A stretch of 64,000 nucleotides of DNA from Octopus sinensis (GCF_006345805.1 NC_042998.1:86800001-86864000), one strand, 5' to 3'; shown: positions 1 through 12,858, counted from the first letter of the stretch. The notes: generated from the letters alone by a model not told the origin. A program made the numbers and translations.

Positions 1-763
1 CATTCTTGTTGACATAGGTATGCTAGTGAAATAAGAAAACATACCTGGGTTTTCAACCATTGTGTTACATTCTATTTTAGACAGCTTTATCTAACTTCCT
101 TTTAGATCTTTCTACATTCCAATCTAATGATTCATAATCATTTCAAATAAATAAAATCCTATATCTTGATTTATATCAATACTCAGCAATTGAAGTAAAC
201 CTGCGTTCTGATATGTATACTCTGATAGATCAGTCTAAATATCTATATGAGCGAATATATAAATGCAGTCAATGATAAAAAGTGACTGAGGTATTCACAC
301 ACACATACACACAAAGAGTCTGACCAAACTTTGTGGACTGACTCTCACTACTAAGTTCAGATGGGGAGAAAAGGCTTGTGGTGGTGAGGCTCAGTCTATG
401 TAGCCACTTGAGAGTGTGCCACTCTTTCACATGAACTTTGGACATGAAAATCTGCCATCATATCTTTATCGTTATCATCGTCGTCATCATCATTTAATGT
501 CCATGTTGGCATGTGTTAGCTGATTTGACTAGAGCTGGTAAGCCGGAGAGTTGCACCAGGTTCCAGTTTGTTTTGGCTTGGTTTCATTAGACAGAAGTTT
601 ATTTATATATCCATTTTTATTCAGGATATATTTACTGCACTTGTTCTTATTGGTATTATTACTATTTTTAATCATATCATTACTACTTACAAATAAATTG
701 GATACATTGTTACTATTAGATTCACCCACTTCCTTGTTAATCATTCTTCCATTATTATAATTA

Positions 764-2027
764 CTGGGTTGGCAACTAATTTTCTGCCGTTTTTTTTTTT
801 TAATTTAAATTTTTTAAAAGGTTTAGTAAAAAATTACAACTAATAAATCGATTATGCACTGACACTTTTTGTTTGCACTTTCTTCCCATAGTTCAACAAG
901 ATTTTCAATACCTCACTAGTAGAAATCACCCGATTTTGATTAGAAATATTGATCCAACCAAGCTCTTAATTCTGCATCAGTATTGAATAAAATTCTGCAC
1001 ATAACACTTGAAAGAGATCAAAAGAGGTGAAAATCCGTTGGCACAAAATCAGGAGAGTACGGCAGGTGTGGAAGCACTTCCCAGCCATGTGTTTGAATGG
1101 CTTCCTTGATCATATTGGCGATATGAGGGCGGGCATTGTCATGCAACAGAAGAACTCCATGCTGCCAATTAAGTCTTTTCTCTTGAATAGCCATGTTAAG
1201 TTGTTCCATCGGTTGAACATAGAGTTCTGTATTGACTGTTTGGTTCCTTTCAAGCAATTCGTAATGGATAATCCCTTTCCAGTCCCACCATACGCACAAC
1301 ATCGTTTTACGCAGATGAAGATCTTGTTTCATGCGCGTTGTCGCATATTTACCGGGGCTAAGCCATTCCTTACACTGCTTCATATTGATGTACAGGCACC
1401 ATTTTTTATCACCAGTAATGATTCGGTAAAGAAATCATTGCTTGTGTCCATGAGTTGAGTGGTGACGAGCAAGCAAACCAGCAGAGATAGTGGCTTGTTG
1501 ATTTTTGTTGTTGTCACTTAAAGCATGCAGAACCTATCCTCCATACTCCTGAACTTTCCCATCGAGTGAAGACGCTTCTCTATAGCAGTGTGGGAGCATT
1601 CCATTTTCTCTGCCAGTTCCTTTGTCATTTGACGAGAATTTTCGTGCAAAAGTTGGTTTAATCACTCTTCATCTAACTCAACTGGATGGCCAGATCAAGG
1701 TGTGTCTTTGAGGTTAAAATTTCCATTTTTGAACTTGGCATGCCAATCACGAGCGGTTCTTTCAGCTATGGCAGCCTCTCCATACATAGCACAAATGTCA
1801 CAAGCAGCTTTTGTGGCCTTAGAACCTTGATTAAAAGCAAAAAGAGGTGTCAAAAAGGCTCGATTTTCTTGATGTTCCATTTTAATGATCTCAAAATAAA
1901 CAAAAATTAACTAAAATTAACGAGAAAAAGGAACAAAAGAGATTCCAAATTGATTCAAAAATAGTATTCTCGAAAAAAATAAATTCCAAAATTAGAAAAA
2001 ACTGCGGGAACTTGGTTGCCAACTCAA
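764..2027 (-). mobile_element. Full-length decayed mariner (Tc1/mariner, DD34D) transposon
   Basis: TIRs ctgggttggcaactaattttctgccg (764) and revcomp ttgagttggcaaccaagttcccgcag (2027), flanked by TA. Minus-strand transposase pieces: MEHQEN..KFKNGNFNLKD (1695-1880), MLCVWWDWKG, HDNARPH, YSPDFVPTDFHLF (1018-1383). Frameshifted. Confidence 0.95.
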
Positions 2028-2194
2028 TAGATTTAGCGGAGTTCCCATTCTTATTACAATATACTATTTCAGTATCCTGCATTTTAAGGGCTTCATATTT
2101 ATGTATATATATGTGTGTGTGTATATATAAGCATGCATGTATGTGTATATAAATATATGTGTGTGTGTATATATATATATATACATATATATAG

Positions 2195-2580
2195 TATTTG
2201 TTGGCACTCCATTGGTTATGATGACGAGGGTTCCAGCTGATTCGATCGACAGAACAGCCTGCTCATAAAATTAACATGCAAGTGGCTGAGCACTCCACAG
2301 ACATGTGTACCCTTAATGTAGTTCTTGGGGATATTCAGGATGACACAGTGTGACAAGGCTGGCCCCTTTGAATTACTGGCACAACAGAAACATGAAATAA
2401 ATGTGAAAGAAAGTTGTGGTGAAAGAGTACTGCAGGGTTCGCCACCATCCCCTGCTGGAACCTTGTAGAGCTTTCGGTGTTTTTGCTCAATAAACACTCA
2501 CGACGCCCAATCTGGGAATTGAAACCGCGATCCTATGACCGCAAATCCACTGACCTAACCACTGGGCCATTGCGCCTCCA
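2195..2580 (-). mobile_element. tRNA-derived SINE
   Basis: Minus strand starts ggaggcgcaatggcccagtggttagg...ggtttcaattccc (A-box/B-box-like tRNA head). Its 3' body recurs on + at about 6820-6960. Confidence 0.8.
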
Positions 2581-2678
2581 CATATATAGATGTAGATATA
2601 TGTATATAGCGGTGGTGCTCCAGAATGGCCGCGGCCTTCGGGCTAAAACATTTTTCGAGATTTAAGGATTTAAGGAGA

Positions 2679-2743
<65 letters not shown>

Positions 2744-2782
2744 GTATGTATATATATATATGTATGTATATATATATCCTCC

Positions 2783-2783
<1 letters not shown>

Positions 2784-2815
<32 letters not shown>

Positions 2816-4268
2816 ATTAACGTCCGCTTTCCATGCTAGCATGGGTTGGACGGTTCAACTGGGGTCTGGGGAGCCCGAAAGCTGCACCAGTCCAGTCAGA
2901 TCTGGCAGTGTTTCTACAGCTGGATGCCCTTCCTAACGCCAACCACTCCGAGAGTGTAGTGGGTGATTTTATGTGCCACCGACACAGGTGCCAGACGAGG
3001 CTGGCAAACGGCCACGCTCGGATGGTGTTTTTTATGTGCCACCGACACAGGTGCCAGACGAGGCTGGCAGACGGCCACGCTCGGATGGTGTTTTTTATGT
3101 GCCACCGACACAGGTGCCAGACGAGGCTGGCAGACGGCCACGCTCGGATGGTGTTTTTATGTGCCACCGACACAGGTGCCAGACGAGGCTGGCTGACGGC
3201 CACGCTCGGATGGTGTTTTTATGAGGCTGGCAAACGGCCACGATCGGATGGTGCTTGTTACGTGCCCACAGCACGGAGGCCAGTCGATGCGGTACTGGCT
3301 ACGGCCACGTTCGGATGGTTTTCTTGTGTGCCACAGGCACTGGTACCACAAAGATACAAATTCCATTGATGTTCATCTATTTTGATTGATTTTCACTTGC
3401 CTCAGCAGGTCTTCACAAGTGTCACAAGAAGGAAGGTATGCACAGGTGGATCGACTACGTCCCAGGTAGGGGCCACGGGATATGGCCTGACTAGTCCTGC
3501 CGGGTCCTCTCATGCACAGCACACTTCCATAGGACTCGGTCTTCAGTCATTTCCTTGGTGAGACCTAAAGTTCGAAGGTCGTGCTTCACCACCTCGTCCC
3601 AGGTTTTCCTGGGTCTACCTCTTCCACAGGTTCCCTCAACTGCTAGGGTGTAGCACTTTTGCACACAACTATCTTCAGCCATTCTCGTCACATGACCATA
3701 CCAGCGCAGCCGTCTCTCTTGCACACCACAACTGACACTTCTTAGGTTCAACTTTTCTCTCAAAGTACTTACACTCTGACGATTATGAACACTGACATTA
3801 CACATCCATCGGAGCATACTGGCTTCATTTCTTGCAAGCTTACGCATATCCTCAGCTGTCACGGCCCATGTTTCACTACCATGTAGCATGGCTGTACGTA
3901 CACACGCATCATATAGTCTGCCTTTTACTCTTAGCGAGAGACCTTTTGTCACCAGCAGGGGTAAGAGCTCTCTAAACTTTGCCCAGGCTATTCTTACTCT
4001 AGCAGTTACGCTTTCAGCACACCCACCCCCGCTACTGACTTGGTCTCCTAGGTAGCGGAAGCTATCAACTACTTCTAGTTTGTCTCCCTGGAACGTGGTA
4101 GAAGTTGGACTCTGCACATTTCCAGTGTTTATTTCTCCTGAGCATCTGCCACAGACAAAAACTATTTTCTTAGTTAGCCTTCCCTTGACATTGCTGCACC
4201 TCTTATGTGTCCATAGCTTACACTTGGTGCACCTTATAGAGTTTCTACCTACACCTTTTTTACAGATC
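2784..4268 (-). mobile_element. 5'-truncated RTE-clade LINE (RT C-terminus, 3' UTR, (GAT)n tail)
   Basis: ORF 3491-4117: VDSFRYLGD..RIAWAKFRELLPLL..MLHGSETW..RRLRWYGHV..GRGRPRKTW. Ends gcatggaaagcggacgtt..(gat)n. Confidence 0.92.
2971..3225. repeat. 62-63 bp tandem repeat (4 units) in the RTE 3' UTR
   Basis: Unit atgtgccaccgacacaggtgccagacgaggctggc..cggatggtgtttttt starts at 2971, 3034, 3097 and 3159. Confidence 0.95.
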
Positions 4269-4269
4269 T

Positions 4270-5460
4270 TATCATCATTTAACGTCTACTTTCCATGCTG
4301 GCATGGGTTGGACGGTTTGACTGTGGATGGGCTACCCAGATGGCTGCGTCAGGCTCCAATCTGATCTGGCAGAGTTTCTACAGCTGGATGCCCTTCCTAA
4401 CGCCAACCACTCTGAGGGTGTAGTTGGGTGCTTTTATGTGCCACAAGCACAAGGGCCAGTCAGACGGTACTGGCAACAGTCACGCTCAAATGATGTTTTT
4501 TATGTGCCACCTACACAGGAGCCCGTCCAGTGGCAATGACCTCTTTCAAATGTTGTCTTTCACCTGCCACTGGCACAAGTGCCAGTAAGGCGACGCTGGT
4601 AACGATCACACTTGAATGGTGCTTTTTATGTTCCAGCTGCCCTGACAACCATCACACTCGTATGGTGCTCTTAATATTTCACTAGCACAGATGCCAGTCA
4701 GGCAGTGCTGTCATCGGCCACATCAGTGATTTTGATTTTGATTTCACTTGCCTCAACAGGTCTTCGCAAGCAGAGTTTAGTGTCCAATGAAAGAAAGGTA
4801 TGCATAAGTGGGCTGGTACACCCCTGGCATAAGCCACGGGTTATGGTCTCACTTGGCTTGCCGGGTTTCTCTCACACACTGTCTTGCAATACGAAATACC
4901 TCAAGTCTTTGGTTCTCACGGCGCAGAACATTGGCAAATTTTTTCTTATCTGCTTCCCCTCTGGCTAAATAAACCTGTATCGTAGCTTCCTTTCTGGCAG
5001 TCTGATACAATTCCCTGCTACCACCGTTGAAGTCACCAGCCACAAAGAGAAGGTCCCTGTCATTTGTCAACAAGGTAGTCTGCAAGAGGCTGTCATAAAC
5101 TTGGTCTTTCTGTCAATCAGGTAGCCCTGGCTGAGGGGAATAGGCCCAGATAATGGTTGCTAACCTATGATGAAGCACTAATCTAATCTGTATTTTGCCC
5201 ATAAAATCTTGTACCTGTGTTCTTTGCCTGTGAGGAACGTAGTAGAACCTCCTCTCTACTTTACTTCTAGGAGGCAACACATATCGACACATCTCTGTTC
5301 AAGCATCTCAACAATCTCACCAGACCTACCTTTCAGTGTACTGATGTTGAGAGTGCTAACCCTGAGGGTGTGGGAGGTGTGGGCCTGTGAGACTCTGGAA
5401 CAGGGGACAGCAGTGTCATGTACCTGAAAAGAAAGCTCGCATTTGGCAAAATTCATAAAC
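4270..5460 (-). mobile_element. Internally deleted RTE LINE (AP-endonuclease N-terminus joined to 3' UTR)
   Basis: VSTLNISTLKGRSGEIVEMLEQRCVDMCCL (5256-5462) and LFVAGDFNG (4849-5085). Same 3' UTR as the 2784 element at 4270-4870. Confidence 0.85.
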
Positions 5461-6967
5461 AAACAATAGCCTTCAATTCAACCTGCATACACTACACCAT
5501 CATATTTATGCACTATATGATCACTACCTTACACAGGAGATAAGCCCTAAGTAGGGGTGGATGGTGTAAAGCCTTTAGAAATGTTCATGGGAGACAACCA
5601 AAGGATGACAAAGGATAGGAACTTCTGGTACAGGTGGAAGGGGTGGGAGGGCCCTGATACTGTGAACTAGCAAATTTAGACCATATGTATTCTTTCAGCA
5701 GAGGTATTAAAAAATTGAGTCGGGGAATCTGAGTGCATTTGCTAGTTTATATAGGGTGGGGTGGGGCTAGAGGAGGGAGTCTTGGTGAAGCGAGTGGTAA
5801 TCGAAAGAGAGAGAGACAGACAGAGTGAGGCTGAGAGAAAGAGAGAGATACAGACTGAGGCCGAGAGAGAGAGAGAGGGCACCAGGGTTAAAGTGGTCAG
5901 AACACGAGGGAGACAAATATTCTTTTGGGATTTGGGTAGCATAATTTAATGAAACAACAAATATTGATAATAGTAAAATAAAGTTGAAAAATCTTAGAGT
6001 TTTCGGTCAACCAATCTATGACAAAATTAGAGAAATAAGTGACTGTGTGAGAAACTTGAATAAATGAATATGTTGTGGTTAAGGAAATGCGTGAACTAAG
6101 GTTATCTTAAGACAACAACAAGGAAGATGAAACTTTTGAAACTATATTTACATGTTGACATGGTAATGAAATAGACAGAATAATGAAAAGAACTAATAAG
6201 GGGCTTATGATCTGTGCAGAAATAGAAGAGTAGATGAACGAGGTTGAAAAGACAAAAATTCTTATCTGAGCAACTTCTGAGATTTGTATACTTCAGCAGA
6301 GGTATTAAAATTCGAGTAGGGGGAATCCGAGTGTGTGCGCTAGTTTATATATGGTGGTGGTAGTGGTAGTGTAGGAAGTCTTGACGAAGCGACATGACAG
6401 TTTTAATGGAGATAAAGCTCCAATATATAGTACAACTGTTTTTTCCCTCATATATGAACCAAAGATTAAGAAATTTTAACCAACTGAAATTTCACCATAT
6501 AGTACCTTACTGGATTTTACCATGAGAAAGGAACCCTAAGGAAGGAAATATTTTTATACAGGGAGTTGAATTTGGATTAGTTCTTAGAGTCCCTTAAAAC
6601 TTTTCTGAAACCGCTATAGGTTTGGACTGATCCTCCCAATCGCCTCCTTTAATCTATTCTAACTATACTTTATACTTTCATGGTACTCCTTATATACTTT
6701 TTATGTTTTTTTATTTTTTATGTTTATATTCTTATATTTCTATCTTCTTATCATACAACCCTGCTGTACCCTTTCACCACATCTTTCTCTCACTCATTCT
6801 TCCTGTTTCTGTTGTACCTGTATTTCAAAGAGCCAGCCTTGTCACACTCTGTGTCACACTGAATCTCCCTGAGAACTACGTTAAGGGTACACATGTACAG
6901 GCTGTTCCGTTGATCGGATTAACTGGAACCCTCAACGTCATTATCGACTGAGTGCCAACCACCATAT

Positions 6968-7915
6968 CATCATCATAATCATCATCATCGTTTAGCGTCC
7001 GTTTTCCATGCTAGCATGGGTTGGACGGTTCTACTGGGGTCTGTGAAGCCAGAAGGCTTCATCAGGCCCAGTCAAATCTGGCAGTGTTTCTACGGCTGGA
7101 TGCCCTTCCTAACGCCAACCACTCCGTGAGTGTAGTGGGTGCTTTTTACGTGCCACCCGCACAGGTGCCAGACAGAGCTGGCAAACGGCCACGAACGGAT
7201 GGTGCTTTTTATGTGCCACCGGCACAAGGGCCAGGCGAGGCTGGCAACGGACACGAAACGGGGCGGTGCTGGCAACGGTCGCGAAACGGAAGGTTCTCTT
7301 ACATGCCACCGGCACTGGTAACACATCTGCAATTTCCATTGATCGATTTCCATTCTGATCCTCACTTGCCTCAACGGGTCTTCACAAGTAGAGTTTCGAC
7401 ATGCCACCGGCACTGGTAACATATCTGCAATTTCCATTGATCGATTTCCATTTCTGATCCTCACTTGCCTCAACGGGTCTTCACAAGTAGAGTATTGACA
7501 TGCCACCGGCACTGGTAACACATCTGCAATTTCCATTGATCGATATCGATTCTGATCCTCACTTGCCTCAACAAGGTCTTCACAAGTAGAGTTTTGTGTC
7601 CCAAGAAGGGAAGGTATGCATACGTAGGCTGGCTCCATCCCAAGTAGAAGGCCACGGGTTATGGACTCACTTGTCCTGCCGGGTCTTCTCGCGCACAGCA
7701 CACTTCCAGAGGACTCGGTCTCTAGTCATTTCCTCAGTGAGACCTAAAGTTCGAAGGTCGTGCTTCACCACCTCGTCCCAGGTTTTCTTGGGTCTGCCTC
7801 TTCCACAGGTTCCCTCAACCGCTAGGGTGTGGCACTTTTTCACACAACTATCTTCATCTATTCTCGCCACATGACCATACCAGCGCAATCGTCTCTCTTG
7901 CACACCACAACTGAT
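6968..7915 (-). mobile_element. 5'-truncated RTE LINE with a ~99-bp triplication in its 3' UTR
   Basis: ERRLRWYGHV..GRGRPKKTWDEVVKHDLR (7667-7945); (cat)n tail near 6970; repeat units at 7301, 7399, 7498. Confidence 0.9.
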
Positions 7916-8460
7916 GCATATATATATATATATGTAAAAAAGCATAAGAACTGTTTCAAAGCACTTTCCTGAATCTCTAATGATTCTGCCTGCTCCACTT
8001 GTAACACCCTTCTGCCTAACTCAAAAGAAAAAATGGCAAATTTGGCCTGGGTGGGATTTGAATTCAAATATAAAAATTTGCAACAAATATCACAAAGAAT
8101 TTTGTCTGACATTCTAATGAATCTGTCAATCCAACACCATTGTTTAATTCTAATATGAGTTAGATTTGTCAAAGTCCATTCATTGTACTTTGCAACCTCA
8201 AAAATGACATGCACTCTATACTCCAGTCCACTTGAATCAGAATGATAATGAAGGAACTTTGCCAAACTTCTCTGAATGAGTGAGTGATTGAACATTTAAT
8301 GAAGCAAATTGATTAGTTAACTGGTTAAATAGTTAGCCAATTAACAAATATAAATAAAGAAGTGAAATACAACCAGTACTTATTATTGGCACATGACCGT
8401 CCAAGCATACAGCATAACATGTTTCAACACATGACTTCACATCAAGAATCTTGCAAATCA

Positions 8461-9703
8461 TTGGGTTGTCCAGAAAGTTCAAGCCGATTTATAGTAGCTT
8501 AACTTTTGACTTATTTTAGAACATGGTTGAGTCCATAAAATAGGATTTGACTACACCACCATTCAGAGCACAGTTTAAGCTATCTTTTCGTGGAAGAAGG
8601 TTTATGTTTCTATCACCTGTGTTAATTCTGTAACACTTTAAAATGGAAGACAAGAAAATTCATTTTCGGCACTTGACGCTTTTCTTTTTCTGTAAAGGGA
8701 AAAATACCTCACAAGCAACAAAGAAATATGCGCAGTTTATGCTGATGTTTCTTTATCCAAAAGAACTGTACGGAAGTGGTTCACAAGGTTCTGAGCAGGA
8801 GATTGTAGCCTTATTGATAAAGAGCAATCAAGCAGATCATCCACTACAGATGATGACCATATCAAGTCATTATTTGAGAATAACCCACATTGCGCAACCT
8901 GAGAACTGGCAGAAAGCCTCAACCTATCAAAATCCATCATTCATTAGCACCTGGTAAAGCTTAGGCCTACAAATCGCTATGATGTTTGGGTACAACATGA
9001 GTTGAGTGAGAAGAACCTTTTGGATCGCATTTCCATCTATGATTCACTTTATAAACGGAATGAAAATGCACCTTTTTTAAAGCAAATTGTGACAGGTGAT
9101 GAAAAATGGATTATCTACCGAAATATTCAGAGAAAGCGAACCTGGAGTAAGCTACCCCAAAAGTCTTGCTTTCTGTGTGGTGGGATTAGAAAAGAATTCT
9201 GTACTATGAGCTTCTCCCAAGTAACCAGACAATTAATTCTGAGAAATACTGCATACAACTGGATGAGTTAAAAGTAGTAATTCAAGAGAAACTTCCAGAA
9301 TTGGCCAACAGGAAGGGTGTTGTTTTCTGACATGATAATGCAAGACCGCATGTTTCTTTGGGAACCAGGCAAAATTGCTGCAGCTCAGCTGGGATGTGTT
9401 ACCCCCACCCTCCATATTCACTAGATATTGCTCCTTCGGATTTCCACTTATTCAGATCTCTGCAGAATAGTCTTAATGATAAAAATTTTGATTCCTTGGA
9501 TGACACAAAAAGATACCTTGATGAATTCTTTGCCATGAAGCTACCTCAATTCTGGGAAGAGGGTATTTTCAAGTTAAAGGAAAGAGGGAGACGTATTGTG
9601 CAACAAAGTGGTTCATATTTGGTTGATTAAAAATGTAATGGCAAGTATTTATTGACCTTTTTCTTTCCTTTAAAAATTGGCACGAACTTTCCAGACAACC
9701 CAA
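8461..9703 (+). mobile_element. Full-length decayed mariner transposon (mellifera-like N-terminus)
   Basis: TIRs ttgggttgtccagaaagttc / gaactttccagacaacccaa followed by TA. MEDKKIHFRH..KGKN, IVTGDEKWI, HDNARPH, HPPYSLDIAPSDFHLFRSLQNSL. Several frameshifts. Confidence 0.95.
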
Positions 9704-10175
9704 TAAAATCAAACCAAAATTAATTATAGTTATTTCTCTTATCAGGTCAGCTACAATTTTATGTTCTCTGTATTAGCTTCACTGGTGTAGATATAAAGAG
9801 GTTTGCAGTGTTACATAGACAAATATTTAACAGTGTAATAATTGTTATCTCAAGATAAAATTGTTGGTTCACTAATCTCTGGGTGCATAATAAGCAAAGG
9901 TGAACTTTAAAACCATTTGCCATTTTAACTTATGAAGATTTACCTCTAACATCATAAAATTTTTAATGGATCTTGCAATAAGGTAAGCTCTGTTTAAGAA
10001 TGATGTCATGGATTTTTTTTTTCTTTATACACAATACTATGTGTAGTTATATGTAACATGTATTTTAATGTGTGAGTTTTTACATATAATTGGAAACAGA
10101 TATATAAACCCAGGTCTGCTCACACATACATATGCATGTATACAAATATAGGTATATCAGATATGTATACAAATG

Positions 10176-10179
<4 letters not shown>

Positions 10180-10236
<57 letters not shown>
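10180..10236. repeat. (CT)n microsatellite
   Basis: Pure CT run. Confidence 0.95.
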
Positions 10237-10240
<4 letters not shown>

Positions 10241-10442
10241 GCTTAGTCTTTACTGTTGGAGAAAAGATTGCTCAATACCATAGTAGAGCTTAATATTTTA
10301 ATTACTGCCATGTCAGTCTCTTGCTACCCAGAGTTTTGCTTATGAGTAACTTGTTTAAGTACAAGTGTATGAATAGGTGAAGCAACACTCAGAAGAGTTA
10401 GAGAATAAATTAATCCAAACAGGAATAACAGACATATACACT

Positions 10443-10950
10443 CATCATCAATATTTAATATCCGCTTTCCATGCTGGCATGGGCTGGACAGTTTGATGTG
10501 AGCTGGTCAGTTGGAGAGCTGTCCAGGCTCCAGTTGTCTGTTTTGGGCATTTTTTCTACAGCTGGATGTCCTTCCTAATGCCAACTAATTTACAGTATGT
10601 ACTGCGTACCTTTTGCATGCCACTGGCATGAGTGTCTTTATGTAACACTGACACAAATACATTTTACTTGTCATTGGCACCTGCAAGACAAAGACCTCTC
10701 AGCTGGAAGAGTGTGTAGGTGCATGGCCATAAGCAATATACCTGTGTTTATGGATGGCTGTGATTTTATCTAGCTTGATGTGTCTTCTCAAGCACAGGAA
10801 ATTGTCACACGTCATGGTCCTTTGTCAACCCAGTGCCTGAAGATCCTTTCTCATCACTTCATCCCATGTCTTACTGAGTCTACCCCTTTCACAGGTTCCC
10901 TTCATAATTAGAGATCAGCAGTTCTTTGAGATGCTGTCCTCATCCATATG
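10443..10950 (-). mobile_element. Old RTE LINE 3' fragment
   Basis: tccgctttccatgctggcatggg..ggatgtccttcctaatgcc 3' end; decayed RT C-terminus at 10840-10950. Confidence 0.75.
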
Positions 10951-11210
10951 CATATATATATATATACACACACATATTTAATTTAGAGACAAACTGCTAT
11001 TTAGTTATTCCATCAATAGCAAAAAGATATTATCTATAATAACCACATAGAAATTAATTAAATATCTTATAATTATCATTCTAAAAATCTCATAACAAAT
11101 CAAACATTAATATATTGTGAATTTTGATTTAGTGTGCTAAATTGAAATCTTTTTCCCTGTTAGCTTGGAATTATTATATTCCCTAACTATTAATAATATT
11201 AATATATATA

Positions 11211-11812
11211 TAATGGCATTTTTATATAAGCTTAAAGCTTATGGTGATCACCATGCAGTAACTAAGGAAAATAGTCTAATAAAGGGACATATTAGCCCTC
11301 AAAAGAAATATGAAGGCTTTCTTATCTATGTGAGATTCAAAACCACATTCCTTTGTTAATGCGACTGTGTTACCTTTACATCAGTGAATCACCCTCCTTT
11401 TTCCTTTCAAATTTAAGAACTATAATAATTCATGTTTGTTTTTGTTTTTTTTTTAATGTAAAAAAACTTTCTATATGCTTTTGGTGTGACTGTTTTTTTT
11501 TATTTGGTGCCATTTTTAAAATCCTGTAAATACTAATAATGGTATTTTTATATAAACTTAAAGCTTATGGTGATCACCATGCAATGACTTAGCCACATTA
11601 ACAAAGGGATGTGGGTTCGATTTCATGTGAATAGGAAAGCCTTCTTTTATCTGTTGAGTGCTTATATGCCCCTTTATTAGACTATTTTCCTTAGTCATTG
11701 GATGGTGATCGCCATAAGCTTTAAGCTTATATAAAAATGCCATTATTATTATTTACAGGATTGGAAAAATGGTGCCATATAAAAAAAAAGACATTCACAC
11801 TGAAAGCATATA
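11211..11812. repeat. Foldback/MITE-like inverted repeat with an extra direct copy
   Basis: 11211-11365 is the inverted copy of about 11590-11745 (both translate MAFLYKLKAYGDHH). About 11472-11590 is the inverted copy of 11690-11812. Confidence 0.8.
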
Positions 11813-11907
11813 TATATATATATATTGTATTATATGAGAGGAAAAATCAAAACCAAGACTGAACGAGTATCTCAGGTAATTTAGAATTTAGATTATGGTA
11901 ATTTGAA

Positions 11908-11983
11908 GTCTTACAGCCATTTATGAGATAACCCTAGTGGTTGGTTGGCATGTCCATGCACAGGGTATTCTGTCATCAGAGAC
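11908..11983 (-). ncRNA. Degenerate type I hammerhead motif (long stem II, GAAA changed to TAAA)
   Basis: Minus strand: gtct-CTGATGA-c-agaataccct...agggttatct-ca-TAAA-tggct-GTA-agac; stem I gtct/agac. Confidence 0.5.
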
Positions 11984-12310
11984 AAGGTATGAATACTTAG
12001 ACGAGGAAAATTTACAGATTACATGAAATGAAATTAATAGGATTAAAACAGAAAAACAAAGGAGTGAAAATAGAAGAATAAACAGTAAAAGTAGTTAGAA
12101 GAATATAGGCAAGAGAATTATTCTTCTAACTACTTTTAATCTGTATATTTCTATTTTATTCTTTATAAATTGTGATTTACATTCCTTGCAATCTGCAAAT
12201 TTTTCCCATCTAAATATTCATACCATGTCTCTGATGATGGAATAGCCATCCATATTTAAGTTCATGCAATTGAAACAACCACATTATGTATGGATGACCC
12301 AATATATACA

Positions 12311-12360
<50 letters not shown>

Positions 12361-12362
<2 letters not shown>

Positions 12363-12770
12363 GTTGTATTTAGGAATGGTCATTTTGCCAGTTTAGCCAA
12401 TAAAAACACACGCACTATATATTTAGTGTTACTTTGCTTCAGCGTTATTTATTTTTTACATTAATCTTAATCTTATTTCAGCCAGAATTCTTTCGTCACG
12501 CTCCTGTGACCTCATCAGTGGTCCTTTGCTTTCTTCTTTCTTATTTGTCTGTCTCTCCTTACTAACGGTCAGCCATTTTGTATTTTGTATTCCTATTGTA
12601 TGTGTCTTCATTTGCGCATACATATACCTCTATGTGTGTCTATGTTTAGTTAGTGTGTATGTAGGGGGGGGGGTGAAGTACCTGTAATATTTGTATCTCC
12701 TGTTTATATACGTTCGTGTAATTTGTTTTTTGTTTTTGTTTATTTTTATTTTGTTCATGTGTTTACCCCT
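12361..12770 (-). mobile_element. Penelope-like terminal-repeat family element carrying the HHR
   Basis: 12361-12510 recurs inverted at about 45800-45955 (there the HHR core is mutated). Both copies abut (TA)n. Confidence 0.6.
12481..12521 (-). ncRNA. Minimal type I hammerhead ribozyme motif
   Basis: Minus strand: cca-CTGATGA-g-GTCAC-aggagc-GTGAC-GAAA-gaat-TC-tgg; 5-bp stem II, palindromic GAATTC at stem III. Confidence 0.7.
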
Positions 12771-12774
12771 ACTT

Positions 12775-12824
<50 letters not shown>

Positions 12825-12825
12825 A

Positions 12826-12858
<33 letters not shown>

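Noticed and set aside
2500-2580. tRNA-like sequence on the minus strand
   Set aside because: It is the head of a SINE and continues into a repeat body; no clean cloverleaf.
2963-3369. Repetitive ORFs and a CRISPR-like look of the 63-bp array
   Set aside because: Units are contiguous with no unique spacers, lie in an RTE 3' UTR, and no cas genes are present.
5693-6390. Diverged ~95-bp direct repeat (about 5693 and 6292)
   Set aside because: Best explained as two fragments of the RTE 5' region; no LTR termini.
9745-9988. Possible 5' UTR exon (acceptor near 9745, donor AG|gtaagc at 9983)
   Set aside because: Splice-like sites alone are not enough without transcript data.
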